The notes under the pieces: model-generated
Databases searched by the model: none
The model's input: the letters and a program-made list of their open reading frames with translations, nothing else
What the model was told of the DNA's origin: nothing
Shown: piece after piece, positions 1 to 8,880 of the stretch
Position numbering within the stretch: the stretch's first letter is position 1
Layout of the letters: each line of letters starts with the position of its first letter
Made by a program: the position numbers and the translations under genes
Source: an uncultured Solirubrobacterales bacterium
Lineage (GTDB): Bacteria > Actinomycetota > Thermoleophilia > Solirubrobacterales > 70-9
Assembly (NCBI GenBank): GCA_963724665.1
Contig: CAVRVH010000008.1
Span: 145,648 to 209,647 of the forward strand
Direction of reading: 5' to 3'
DNA length: 64,000 nt

Positions 1-1
1 C

Positions 2-1660
2 ATGGCCGTAGAGCCCGAAGCACAACGGCGCGCCCACGAGTGGCTGTCCGAGGTCTACTCGCAACTCGAGGAGCGCGAGGCGCTCTTCGAGACGATCTCC
101 GGCGAGGAGGTCAAGCCCCTCTACACCGAGGAGGACCGCGGCGGGGCGGACCCCGGGCGCGACCTCGGCTACCCCGGCGAGTACCCCTACACCCGCGGTG
201 TCTACCCCTCGATGTACCGCGGCCGGCTCTGGACGATGCGGCAGTTCGCCGGCTTCGGCACGGCCGAGGAGACGAACGAGCGCTTCCACTACCTGCTCGA
301 CCATGGCCAGACCGGGCTCTCGACCGCCTTCGACATGCCGACCCTGATGGGTCTCGATTCCGACGCGGACCGCTCGCTCGGGGAGGTCGGGGTCGAGGGG
401 GTGGCGATCGACACGCTCGACGACATGGAGACGCTGTTCGCGGGGATCGACCTGGGCGAGGTCACCACCTCGATGACCATCAACGCGCCGGCGGCGATCC
501 TCCTCGCCTTCTACGTCGCCACGGCCGAGGAGCAGGGAATCGGCCCGGAGCGGCTCGGCGGCACGATCCAGACGGACATCCTCAAGGAGTACATCGCACA
601 GAAGGAGTGGTGCTTCCCGATCGAGCCCGCCATGCGCCTGGTCGGCGACATGATCGAGTGGGCGACCGAGCACATGCCTCGCTGGCACCCCATCTCGATC
701 TCCGGGTACCACATCCGCGAGGCCGGCTCGACCGCCCAACAGGAGCTGGCCTTCACGCTCAAGGACGGATTCACCTACGTCGAGCAGGCGATCGAGCGCG
801 GCATGGACATCGACGACTTCGCGCCGCGGCTCTCCTTCTTCTTCAACGCCCACATCGACTTCTTCGAGGAGATCGCCAAGTACCGCGCGGCGCGCCGGAT
901 CTGGGCCCGCGAGATGCGCGAGACCTACGGGGCCAAACGGGACGAGTCGCTGCGCATGCGCTTCCACACGCAGACCGCAGGCGTCTCGCTCACGGCCCAG
1001 CAGCCCCAGGTCAACATCATCCGCACGGCGATCGAGGCGCTCGCCGGAGTGCTGGGCGGCACCCAGTCGCTGCACACGAACTCGTACGACGAGGCCCTCG
1101 CCCTGCCGACCGAGGAGGCCGTCCGGATCGCCCTGCGGACGCAACAGGTGATCGCGCACGAGACCGGCGTCACCAACACGATCGACCCGCTCGGAGGCTC
1201 CTACTTCGTCGAGACCCTGACCGACGAGATGGAGCGCGCCGCCTATGAGTACTTCGCGCGCATCGACGAGCTCGGCGGCATGGTCGAGGCCATCAAGCAG
1301 AACTTCCCGCAGCGCGAGATCGCCGACGCTTCATTCCGTTACCAGCAGGAGGTGGACTCCAAGCAGCGGATCGTGGTCGGCGTCAACGACTACGTACAGG
1401 AAGACGATGAGGCGATCCCGATCCTCCGGATCGATCCCGAGCTCGAGCGCAAGCAGAAGGGGAGGGTTGAGGCGACCAAGGCCCGGCGGGACTCGGCCGA
1501 GGTCGAGCGAACCCTCGGCGCTCTCGGGGCCGCCGCGGCAACCGATGCCAATCTGATGCCGGCGATCCTGGACTGTGCACGGGCGAGGGTCTCCGAGGGC
1601 GAGATGGTGGCGACGCTGCAGCAGGTATTCGGTAACTACACCGAGCTCCCCGTCTTCTAG
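2..1660 (+). CDS. B12-dependent acyl-CoA mutase (methylmalonyl-CoA mutase family), large catalytic subunit lacking the B12-binding domain; isobutyryl-CoA-mutase-like signature
   Basis: 552-aa ORF with mutase TIM-barrel motifs [48 protein letters not shown] and [12 protein letters not shown]. It stops before any B12-binding domain. The ATG is at nt 2, so the true start could lie upstream of the window. Confidence 0.9.
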   Translation: MAVEPEAQRRAHEWLSEVYSQLEEREALFETISGEEVKPLYTEEDRGGADPGRDLGYPGEYPYTRGVYPSMYRGRLWTMRQFAGFGTAEETNERFHYLLDHGQTGLSTAFDMPTLMGLDSDADRSLGEVGVEGVAIDTLDDMETLFAGIDLGEVTTSMTINAPAAILLAFYVATAEEQGIGPERLGGTIQTDILKEYIAQKEWCFPIEPAMRLVGDMIEWATEHMPRWHPISISGYHIREAGSTAQQELAFTLKDGFTYVEQAIERGMDIDDFAPRLSFFFNAHIDFFEEIAKYRAARRIWAREMRETYGAKRDESLRMRFHTQTAGVSLTAQQPQVNIIRTAIEALAGVLGGTQSLHTNSYDEALALPTEEAVRIALRTQQVIAHETGVTNTIDPLGGSYFVETLTDEMERAAYEYFARIDELGGMVEAIKQNFPQREIADASFRYQQEVDSKQRIVVGVNDYVQEDDEAIPILRIDPELERKQKGRVEATKARRDSAEVERTLGALGAAAATDANLMPAILDCARARVSEGEMVATLQQVFGNYTELPVF

Positions 1661-1670
1661 AGTTGCGCCA

Positions 1671-4600
1671 GTGAGGAGAGTGCGGGTCGGACCGGTAGGG
1701 ATTCTGGTCGCCCTGGCGTGTGCCGGAGGCGTTGCGTATGCCGCGGTCCAGGACCCGCTCGGGGTTATCGGCCCCGCGAACGGGATCCAGCCCATCGGGC
1801 GCAAGCTCCACCCAGAGGGCCGTCTGACCCAGCTCGGGAACCTTCCGACCGGCGGCGCCATCACCCCAACGGCCGCTTCCTCTGGGCCCTGTCCACTGGA
1901 CGCGGCCGCAACGACGTCCGCATCGTGCAGGTCGCGAAGACCCCGTGCGGCAAGAAGGGCAATAAGGCGAAGAAGTGCAACGGCTAGCGTGCACGGTCGC
2001 GGGGAAGGTCGGCAACGGTCGTGCAGACGATCCCCTTCCCGGGGCTGAGCGGTGGCATCGCCATGGCCCCCGACGGCCGCACCGTCTACGTCTCGGGCGT
2101 CAAGGACTCGAGCCACACGGCCGAGAAGGTCGACCCGAGCACCCCCGGCCTGCAGGGTGACGTGGTCCACGTTCTCCGCTACAACCCGAAGACCGGGATC
2201 GCGAGCCGGGCCGGGCTGATCTCTGTCCCCCCGCCGAGCGACGCGCCGGCCGCCCAGGACTTCCCGCCGGCATCGGCGAAGATCTCCTGGCCCCGGGACA
2301 TCGCCGTCAGCCGCAACGGGCGCACCCTCCTGGTCGCTCTCAACCTCGCGGACGCCGCGGCTGTGATCGACACCACCACTGGCAACGTCCGCTACGTCAA
2401 CGTCGGTCACTACCCCTACGGGGCGGCGATCCGGGCTGACGGCAGGTACGGGATGGTGACCAGCGAGACCGGGGGCACAGTCTCCGTGATCGATCTCGCC
2501 ACCGTTCAGGTCGTCAAGACTGTCCAGGTGGCGCCGCGCCTCTCGCATCCGGAGGGCATGGCCGTCGATCCCGAAGGCGCCCCTTGCGTTCATCGCGAAC
2601 GCCAACCAGGACACGATCACGGTGATCAACACCAACACATTCGACGTGGTCAGGACCCTGTCGGTGGAGCGCTCTCAGGGCGTCGGCAGCTCACCCACGA
2701 ACGTCAGCGTCACGCCCGACGGCTGCGACCTGCTGTCGGCGGACTCGGGAGAGGACGCCGTCGCCGTCTTCGCCCTCTCGCGCGCCAAGGGCTGCGGGCA
2801 GGGGGGGAAGAAGGCGGGCAAGAAGAAGAAGAAGAAGAAGCACGGCGGAAACGGGAAGGGCGGCAAGAAGAGCACCCTGGCGGTCGCGCAGCCCGCAGCC
2901 AAGCACAAGGGCAAGGGGAAGGGGAAGTCGAATCGCCGGAAGGCCCGGCCGTTCCAGCTGGTGGGCCGCATCCCGACGGGCTCGTATCCGACGGCCGTCG
3001 CGGCGACCCCGCACGCGTCGCCAGCTCGTCTGGGTGTCGGCGCGCGGGCTCGGGGTCGGGCCGAACCCCGGAGGTCCCAACCCGGACACCGGCGACGACA
3101 CCTACCTGAACCAGTACCTGCCCTCCATCGTCACCGGGGCGTCCGGGGTCCTCAACTACCCGAGCGATAAGCAAGATCCGCAAGCTCACCCCGATCGGCG
3201 AGCGCCAGGTGATTCCGGCGGACGCCCGGAGCGCGCCGCCCGACACCCCGATCCGAGCCGGCGGGCCGATCAAGCACGTCTTCTACATCGTCCGGGAGAA
3301 CCGCACCTACGACCAGATGCTCGGCGATGACCCGCGCGGCGATGGCGATCCGTCGCTGGACGCTGTTCAACAACTCGATCACGCCGAACCTGCATGCACT
3401 CGCACAGCGCTTCCCATTGCTAGACCACGTCTACGCCAACTCGGAGGCCTCGATCGACGGTCACTACTGGACCGCCGCCGGCGCGGTCTCCGACTACGTG
3501 ACCAAGAACTGGCACCAGAACTACGCCGGTCGCAATCGGCCGTACGACTTCGGCTCGTACGTGGTCAGCGCGCCGCCCAAGGGCTACATCTTCCAGCGCA
3601 TGCTGAAGGAGGGGGTCTCCTTCTACAACTACGGGGAGGGGCTGGCCGGCATCTCGCCGTTCGCCGACAAGGACCGGACGCCTGCGGAGACCGCAGGAAA
3701 ACGGCCAGGTGCTCAACACCAGCCACAGCGACGTTCAGCTCAACGATCCAAGCGCGTGCTACGACAGCGACATCTCGATATTCGATACCCCGGCCATCGG
3801 CCCGAAGACCGGGGACGTCTACGACTCGACGCCTGCCGCCGGGGGCGAACCCCGGCGACACATCGAGATTCACTGCTTCAAGACGCGGTTCGAAAACCAG
3901 GTCGCCTCGAATTCGGTGCCGACCTTCAACTACATCTCTCTGCCCGCTCGACCACACGCAGGGTCTCGAGCCCGGCAAGCGCACGCCGAACGCGGACATC
4001 GCCAACAACGACTGGGGCCTCGGGCAGATGGTCGACGAGATCTCCCACTCCCCGATCTGGAACAGCTCGCTGATCCTCGTCGTCGAAGACGATTCGCAGA
4101 ACGGCGCCGACCACGTCGACGCGCACCGCATCCCGGCGCTGGCGATCAGCCCCTACACCGAGCAGGGCGCGGTGGTCCACAACCGGTACGACCAGCTCTC
4201 ATTCCTGCGCACCCTGGAGATCATCTCCGGCATGCAGTCCACGAACCTCGCCGAGGCGCTGGCTGTCCCGCTCTATGACGCCTTCGCCCCAACGCGGGCA
4301 ACTCGGCGCCGTACAACGCGATCATGCCGAGCGTGAACATGACCGCGACGAATCCCAACACGCGCAGAGAACGCGCCGCGTCCGAAGGGCCTCGATCTGG
4401 AGGGCACCGACCAGGTCCCGCAGGACGTCGCTCGACGCGATGCTCTGGCACTACCGCCACGGCTTCAAGTCGGCGCCTCCGCCGGCGGGCCCGAATGCCT
4501 CGAGTCGAGGACAGCACCGCGCGCGACGCCGGAACTCGGTCGACTTCAAGGGGATCGCGCGTCAGATCGGAGCAGATGCCAGGCAGAGGTCGCCCGCCGG

Positions 4601-4739
4601 GGCAACCTACGACGGCTGGCTAAGCGGCCCGCGCGGCCGACTCGACGATCAGAGCACCACGCCGCGGCGGTCGAGCTCGGAGCCCGCCAGGAACATCCTG
4701 CCAACTCCGCGTCTCTCGGACTCGGTCCTGGCGACGTGA
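1671..4739 (+). pseudogene. Degraded secreted YncE/YVTN beta-propeller + phosphoesterase (PlcC/AcpA-type) gene (one fusion or two adjacent genes), multiply frameshifted
   Basis: A signal peptide (VRRVRVGPVGILVALACAGG) is followed by propeller peptides (GIAMAPDGRTVYVSG, DIAVSRNGRTLLVALN, TITVINTNTFDVVRTLSV). Phosphoesterase peptides follow (IKHVFYIVRENRTYDQMLGD, SIDGHYWTAAGAVSDYV, ILVVEDDSQNGADHVDAHRIPALAISPY). These are spread over all three + frames. There is an in-frame TAG at 1985-1987 and at least 10 frame switches. The 3' end is uncertain (4739 or 4834). Confidence 0.75.
2801..2840 (+). repeat. G7 homopolymer (2801-2807) followed by an (AAG)7 microsatellite (2820-2840) encoding GKKKKKKKH
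   Basis: Read directly: gggggggaagaaggcgggca then aag x7. The composition is a strong outlier in a ~70% GC sequence. Confidence 0.9.
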
Positions 4740-4880
4740 CAGGCATCGTCACGGTCGAGCCCGCTGGCAAGCAACTTCTGCCCGTGGCTGTGATCCAGAA
4801 AGAGAACGTCGTACACCGCTGTGCCTCCTGTTGAACCGATTCCCCTACGCACTACTCATTCTCGTATCGGGATAACGCGC

Positions 4881-4931
4881 TTGAAACCGTAGAAACCTGC
4901 GGTTGAACTACGGTTAACTCGCCATTGAACG
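4881..4931. promoter_or_regulatory. Low-GC intergenic segment with a nested inverted repeat and repeated TTGAAC/TTGAAA hexamers upstream of the mutase B12 subunit
   Basis: AACCGTAG (4885-4892) pairs with CTACGGTT (4908-4915) and encloses the small palindrome AACCtgcGGTT (4894-4904). TTGAAC-like hexamers sit at 4831, 4881, 4903 and 4926. Function unknown. Confidence 0.3.
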
Positions 4932-4947
4932 AACGCATGACTGAATA

Positions 4948-5367
4948 GTGCCTACCGAAGCAGCCAGAAAAATCAGGATCGTGGTCGCCAAGCCCGGACT
5001 CGACGGTCACGACCGCGGAGCGAAGATCATCGCCCGCGCTCTGCGCGATGCCGGTATGGAGGTGATCTACACGGGCCTGCACCAGACGCCCGAGCAGATC
5101 GCTGAGACCGCCATCCAGGAGGACGCCGATGCGGTCGGCCTCTCGATCCTCTCGGGCGCGCATATGACGCTCGTTCCCCGCGTCGTCGAGCTGCTCTCGG
5201 AACAGGGCGCCGAGGACGTCGTGGTGACGGTGGGAGGGACGATCCCGGCCGACGACATCCCGGAGCTCAAGAAGCTCGGGGTCGCCGAGGTCTTCACTCC
5301 GGGTGCGCCGACCGACGAGATCGTCGAGTTCGTGCGGCGCGCGGTCGCAGCGCGCGAACCGGCCTAG
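4948..5367 (+). CDS. Acyl-CoA mutase small subunit (cobalamin-binding domain)
   Basis: 139 aa with a GTG start. It carries the B12-binding motif [30 protein letters not shown] (DxHxxG) and GLSILSGAH, which is the stand-alone B12 domain of split mutases. Confidence 0.9.
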   Translation: MPTEAARKIRIVVAKPGLDGHDRGAKIIARALRDAGMEVIYTGLHQTPEQIAETAIQEDADAVGLSILSGAHMTLVPRVVELLSEQGAEDVVVTVGGTIPADDIPELKKLGVAEVFTPGAPTDEIVEFVRRAVAAREPA

Positions 5368-5400
5368 ATGCGGGGGCGCGCGTCAGCGCGACCCGTTTGA

Positions 5401-5625
5401 TCAGTATGCGTACCCGCCGCTGCTGCCGCCGCTCGAGCTGGTGTTGCCCGCCGCAGTCCCGCCGGTGGTGGCGGTCGAGCCGCCGCTGCTAGCCGAGCTG
5501 CCGGTCGCTGCCGGGGTGGCCGAATTGGTCGAGCTGTCGTTGCTGCTGCCGCCACACGCAGCCAGGCCGATGCCGAGGGCGAGGCTGCACGCGCCGGCAA
5601 GAATCAAACGATGTATGCGCTTCAC
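5401..5625 (-). CDS. Small Ser/Gly/Thr-rich lipoprotein (hypothetical)
   Basis: GTG at 5625 is preceded by AAGGAG. The signal peptide plus lipobox is VKRIHRLILAGACSLALGIGLAAC, followed by a low-complexity S/G/T tail ending GGYAY. The longer 154-aa ORF in the track has an implausible N-terminus. Confidence 0.5.
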   Translation of the reverse strand: MKRIHRLILAGACSLALGIGLAACGGSSNDSSTNSATPAATGSSASSGGSTATTGGTAAGNTSSSGGSSGGYAY

Positions 5626-5731
5626 GGGCGCTCCTTTACCTTGGTGAGGTGGTGTTTCTTGATCCCCCCTCGCCCCTACTACGCTCGCCGGGGCAGCCGG
5701 GATTGGGGCGGCGCAATCAATCCCAAATCGC

Positions 5732-6304
5732 ATGCCGAACGTAGGAAATGACGTGGACCCCTCCGACGAGGCACTGCTCGCAGGTTTCGCGACCGGCGAC
5801 CCGCGCACCGCGGCAGCCTTCGTGCGCCGCTTCCAGGGGCGCGTCTTCGGCCTTGCGCTGACCATCGTCCGCCAGCCCGCGCTCGCGGAGGAGGTGTCCC
5901 AGGAGACCTTTGCCCGGGTCTACCGGCACGCCGGCAATTACGACGCCCGCAAGGGCCGGGTTTCCACCTGGCTGCTCTCGATCGCTCGCAACCTGGCGAT
6001 CGACATCACCCGGATGAAGCGCCTCGATCCGGTCGATCCGGAGGTGATCGCCGCGGAGATCTCGATCGACAATCAGGTTCCCGGCGCGGACGAGGCGGGT
6101 CTGCAGCCGGATGAGCGCGAACAGCTCCGCTCGGCGATCACGGACCTGCCTGATGACCAGCGACGCGCGCTGGTGCTCTCGGCCTACATGGGGCGGACTG
6201 CCCGCGAGATCAGCGATCTCGACGACGTCCCGCTCGGCACCGTCAAGACCCGAATCCGCACGGCGATGATCAAGTTGCGCTCGGAGATGGAGGTGTTCGA
6301 GTAG
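5732..6304 (+). CDS. ECF (sigma-70 family) RNA polymerase sigma factor
   Basis: Region 2 (EEVSQETFARVYRH, STWLLSIARNLAID) and region 4 (LPDDQRRALVLSAYMGRTAREISDLDDVPLGTVKTRI) are both present. Confidence 0.9.
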   Translation: MPNVGNDVDPSDEALLAGFATGDPRTAAAFVRRFQGRVFGLALTIVRQPALAEEVSQETFARVYRHAGNYDARKGRVSTWLLSIARNLAIDITRMKRLDPVDPEVIAAEISIDNQVPGADEAGLQPDEREQLRSAITDLPDDQRRALVLSAYMGRTAREISDLDDVPLGTVKTRIRTAMIKLRSEMEVFE

Positions 6305-6972
6305 TGGACGCCCACTGCCAGGAGACCCGGGAGATGGCGGCCGAGCTGGCGCTCGGCATCGTCGAGGGTGAGGAGCGCGGACGCGCCCTTCAGCACCTCG
6401 CCGAGTGCCCGGACTGCCGTGCCGAGGTGGAGAAGTTCTCGGAAGTCGCCGACGATCTGCTGCTGCTTGCCCCGCACCGAGAGGCCCCGGTGGGCTTCGA
6501 GTCGCGGGTTTTGAACGAGCTGCTCCCGGCGCCACAGCCCAGGCGCCGGCGCCGGCTGCGGCTCGTCCTCGCTCCCGCCGCCGCGGCGCTCGCGGCCGTG
6601 GGGATCACGCTCGCCGTCGTCGCTCCCGACCTGCGGCTTGCGTCCAACTATCGGCACACCCTGCAGCAGGCCAACGGCAAGGAGTTCGAGTCCTACCTTC
6701 TCCAGACCGAGGGTGGGGTGGACGCCGGCACGGTGTTCAGCTACTCGGGATCGCCGTCGTGGGTGCACATCGACGTGGATCCGGGACATCGCTTGGGGCT
6801 GACCAGCGCTGAGCTGGTCACAGACAACGGGAACCAGGTGCCGCTGCACTGGTTCAGCCTCGACCCGGCCGGTGGCTCGGGCGGCTCGATCCCGCTCGAT
6901 CCCAAACACGTCTCGGTGCTCCGCCTCTCCGGTGCGCCGGGCAGCCAGCCGCTGGTCGCCAAGTTCAACTAG
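6304..6972 (+). CDS. Anti-sigma factor, zf-HC2 type, single-pass membrane protein
   Basis: The start overlaps the sigma stop (TAGTG). It has an HLAECPDCRAEVEKF zinc-finger motif, a central TM segment (LVLAPAAAALAAVGITLAVVA) and an extracytoplasmic C-domain. Confidence 0.8.
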   Translation: MDAHCQETREMAAELALGIVEGEERGRALQHLAECPDCRAEVEKFSEVADDLLLLAPHREAPVGFESRVLNELLPAPQPRRRRRLRLVLAPAAAALAAVGITLAVVAPDLRLASNYRHTLQQANGKEFESYLLQTEGGVDAGTVFSYSGSPSWVHIDVDPGHRLGLTSAELVTDNGNQVPLHWFSLDPAGGSGGSIPLDPKHVSVLRLSGAPGSQPLVAKFN

Positions 6973-7013
6973 CGCCATCGCGAGCCTGAGGCTCTAGCAT
7001 CGGTCTCGACCGA

Positions 7014-7029
7014 TTGACTGGTCAGTCAA
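7014..7029. promoter_or_regulatory. Near-perfect 16-bp palindrome TTGACTG-GT-CAGTCAA upstream of etfBA; candidate repressor operator
   Basis: 7+7 bp inverted arms read directly. A TAATAT -10-like hexamer sits at 7047-7052. Contains CTGGTCAGT (7018-7026), which recurs at 28395-28403. Confidence 0.4.
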
Positions 7030-7116
7030 CCAGTCGGGGCAGTCGCTAATATCCCGCGCCGCCCTTTGAGCGAGGGCTCCGCCGAAGAGCCACCCGATTC
7101 AAGAGAGGACCCCAAC

Positions 7117-7905
7117 TTGAAGATTTGCGTGCTCGTCAAAGAGGTCCCGGACGCCGCCGTAGACAAGCGGATCGATCCGGAGACCAAGCGCCTGGACCGC
7201 TCGGGCGAGAAGAACCTGAATCCCTTCGACACCCACGCCCTCGAGGCCGCCATGCAGGTCAAGGAGGGCGGCGCCGACGTCGAGGAGATCGTGGCCGTGA
7301 CGATGGGCCCCGACAGCGCCGTCCGCGCGCTGCACAAGGCCGTCGCGCTCGGCGCGGACCGCTCCGTCCACCTGACCGACGATGCCCTCACCGGCTCCGA
7401 CGTCTGCGCCACGGGCTACGCCCTGGCGAAGGTCCTGGAGGCCGAGAGCCCCGACCTGGTGCTGCTCGGCCAGCAGTCCGATGACGGCGAGTGCTACACG
7501 ATCGGCGCCGTGGTGGCCGACCACCTGAAGATGCCGTCACTGACCCAGGTGATCAAGATGGACGTCGCCGACGGCAAGCTCACCTGTGAGCGCCAGGCCG
7601 AGTACGGCTACGACACCGTCGAGATCGAGATGCCGGCGGTGATCAGCGTCGGAGACGCGATCAACGAGCCGCGCTATCCGAGCCTGAAGGCGATCATGGG
7701 CGCCAAGAAGAAGCCGCTCGACACCAAGGCGATCGGCGACGTCGGCATCGAGGGCGACCGGGTCGGCGAGAGCGGTTCCCGCACCGCCGTGCTCGAGCTC
7801 AAGCCCCCTCCAGCCAAGGAGGCCGGCGAGATCATCGAGGACGAGGACACCAACGAGACGGTCGAGAAGATCGTCGCCTGGCTCGAGGAAAGGAAGCTGA
7901 TCTAA
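7117..7905 (+). CDS. etfB: Electron transfer flavoprotein beta subunit
   Basis: LKICVLVKEVPD N-terminus with the RBS AGAGAGGA upstream of TTG 7117 (the ORF is open from 7066). Family motifs NPFDTHALEAA and DLVLLGQQSDDGE are present. Confidence 0.9.
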   Translation: MKICVLVKEVPDAAVDKRIDPETKRLDRSGEKNLNPFDTHALEAAMQVKEGGADVEEIVAVTMGPDSAVRALHKAVALGADRSVHLTDDALTGSDVCATGYALAKVLEAESPDLVLLGQQSDDGECYTIGAVVADHLKMPSLTQVIKMDVADGKLTCERQAEYGYDTVEIEMPAVISVGDAINEPRYPSLKAIMGAKKKPLDTKAIGDVGIEGDRVGESGSRTAVLELKPPPAKEAGEIIEDEDTNETVEKIVAWLEERKLI

Positions 7906-8880
7906 ATGGGAGGCATCCTGGTCTACGCCCTGCACGACGACGAGGGCAACTTCAACAAGAACTCCCTTGGCGCCCTCTCCGAGGCGGCGAAGCTCGCCGG
8001 CGAGCTGGGCACCGAGGCGGCGGCAGTGGTGGTTGGCGACGTCGCCGATGACGCCGCCGCCGGCCTGGGCGCCTATGGCGTGAAGAACGTCTACCGCTGC
8101 AAGGAGGCCCCAGAGGGCCTCGCCCAGCCGATCGTCGACGTCATGGCGAAGGTCATGACCGACAACGACTTCTCCTACGCGCTCTTCGGAGGAGGACTGC
8201 TGGGCTTCGAGATCGGCGCCGGCCTTACGGCCCGCCTGAACGGCGGAGTGACCATGGAGGTCACCGCGGTCAATGTGGTCGACGGCAAGCTGGTTGCCGA
8301 GCGGCCCATCCTGCAGGACTCGCAGATCGCCGACGTCGGCTATGTCGAGGAGCCCGGAATCATCATCGGGCGCCTCAACGCGTTCGACGAGAACGAGACC
8401 GGCGGCACGGCCGAGGTCGAGGACGTCGCTGTCGAGCTCTCGGAGTGGTCGACGAAGGCCAGGATGGTCACTCGCGGCGAGCAGCGCGGCGCCGACGTCG
8501 ACATCGAGGGCGCCGACATACTGGTCGGCGGCGGTCGCGGGCTCGGCAAGAAGGAGAATTTCGAGCTCGCCGAGCAGCTGTCCGACTCGATGGGCGGCGC
8601 CGTGGCGGCGACGCGTGCGGTCGTCGACGCGGGTTGGTACCCGTATGCGGCGCAGATCGGTCAGACCGGTAAGACGGTCGCCCCGAAGCTGTACCTGGCG
8701 CTCGGGATCTCCGGCGCGATCCAGCACAAGGTCGGCATGCAGAACTCGGAGAACATCCTTGCCATCAACAAGGACCAGAACGCTCCGATCTTCGAGTTCT
8801 CGGACCTCGGCGTGGTGGGCGACCTCCACAAGATCGTCCCCAAGCTCACCGAGGCGATCAAGGCCAAGAAGGGCGGCTGA
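7906..8880 (+). CDS. etfA: Electron transfer flavoprotein alpha subunit
   Basis: 324 aa. The C-terminal FAD-binding motif is PKLYLALGISGAIQHKVGMQNSENILAINKDQNAPIF. It lies directly downstream of etfB. Confidence 0.92.
   Translation: MGGILVYALHDDEGNFNKNSLGALSEAAKLAGELGTEAAAVVVGDVADDAAAGLGAYGVKNVYRCKEAPEGLAQPIVDVMAKVMTDNDFSYALFGGGLLGFEIGAGLTARLNGGVTMEVTAVNVVDGKLVAERPILQDSQIADVGYVEEPGIIIGRLNAFDENETGGTAEVEDVAVELSEWSTKARMVTRGEQRGADVDIEGADILVGGGRGLGKKENFELAEQLSDSMGGAVAATRAVVDAGWYPYAAQIGQTGKTVAPKLYLALGISGAIQHKVGMQNSENILAINKDQNAPIFEFSDLGVVGDLHKIVPKLTEAIKAKKGG

Noticed and set aside
1331-2638. Long antisense or out-of-frame ORFs throughout the ORF track. Examples are 1331-2638(-), 7537-8829(-), 8661-9992(-), 31946-33259(-), 42288-44177(-), 51791-52942(-) and 57649-59496(-).
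   Set aside because: They run opposite to, or out of frame with, genes carrying unmistakable conserved motifs. Their translations are Arg/Ala/Gly/Pro-rich with no recognisable domains. Stop-codon-poor alternative frames are expected at ~70% GC.
4649-4852. 67-aa minus-strand ORF (MRRGIGSTGGTAVYDVLFLDHSHGQKLLASG…) at the 3' edge of the pseudogene.
   Set aside because: It has no recognisable motif, uses a GTG start without an RBS, and overlaps an equally open plus-strand frame that may be the pseudogene C-terminus. The sequence alone cannot decide.
4740-4947. Cobalamin riboswitch upstream of the B12-binding mutase subunit.
   Set aside because: No B12-box-like sequence or multi-stem architecture was found, and the region is too short and AT-rich. 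A formal covariance-model scan would settle it.
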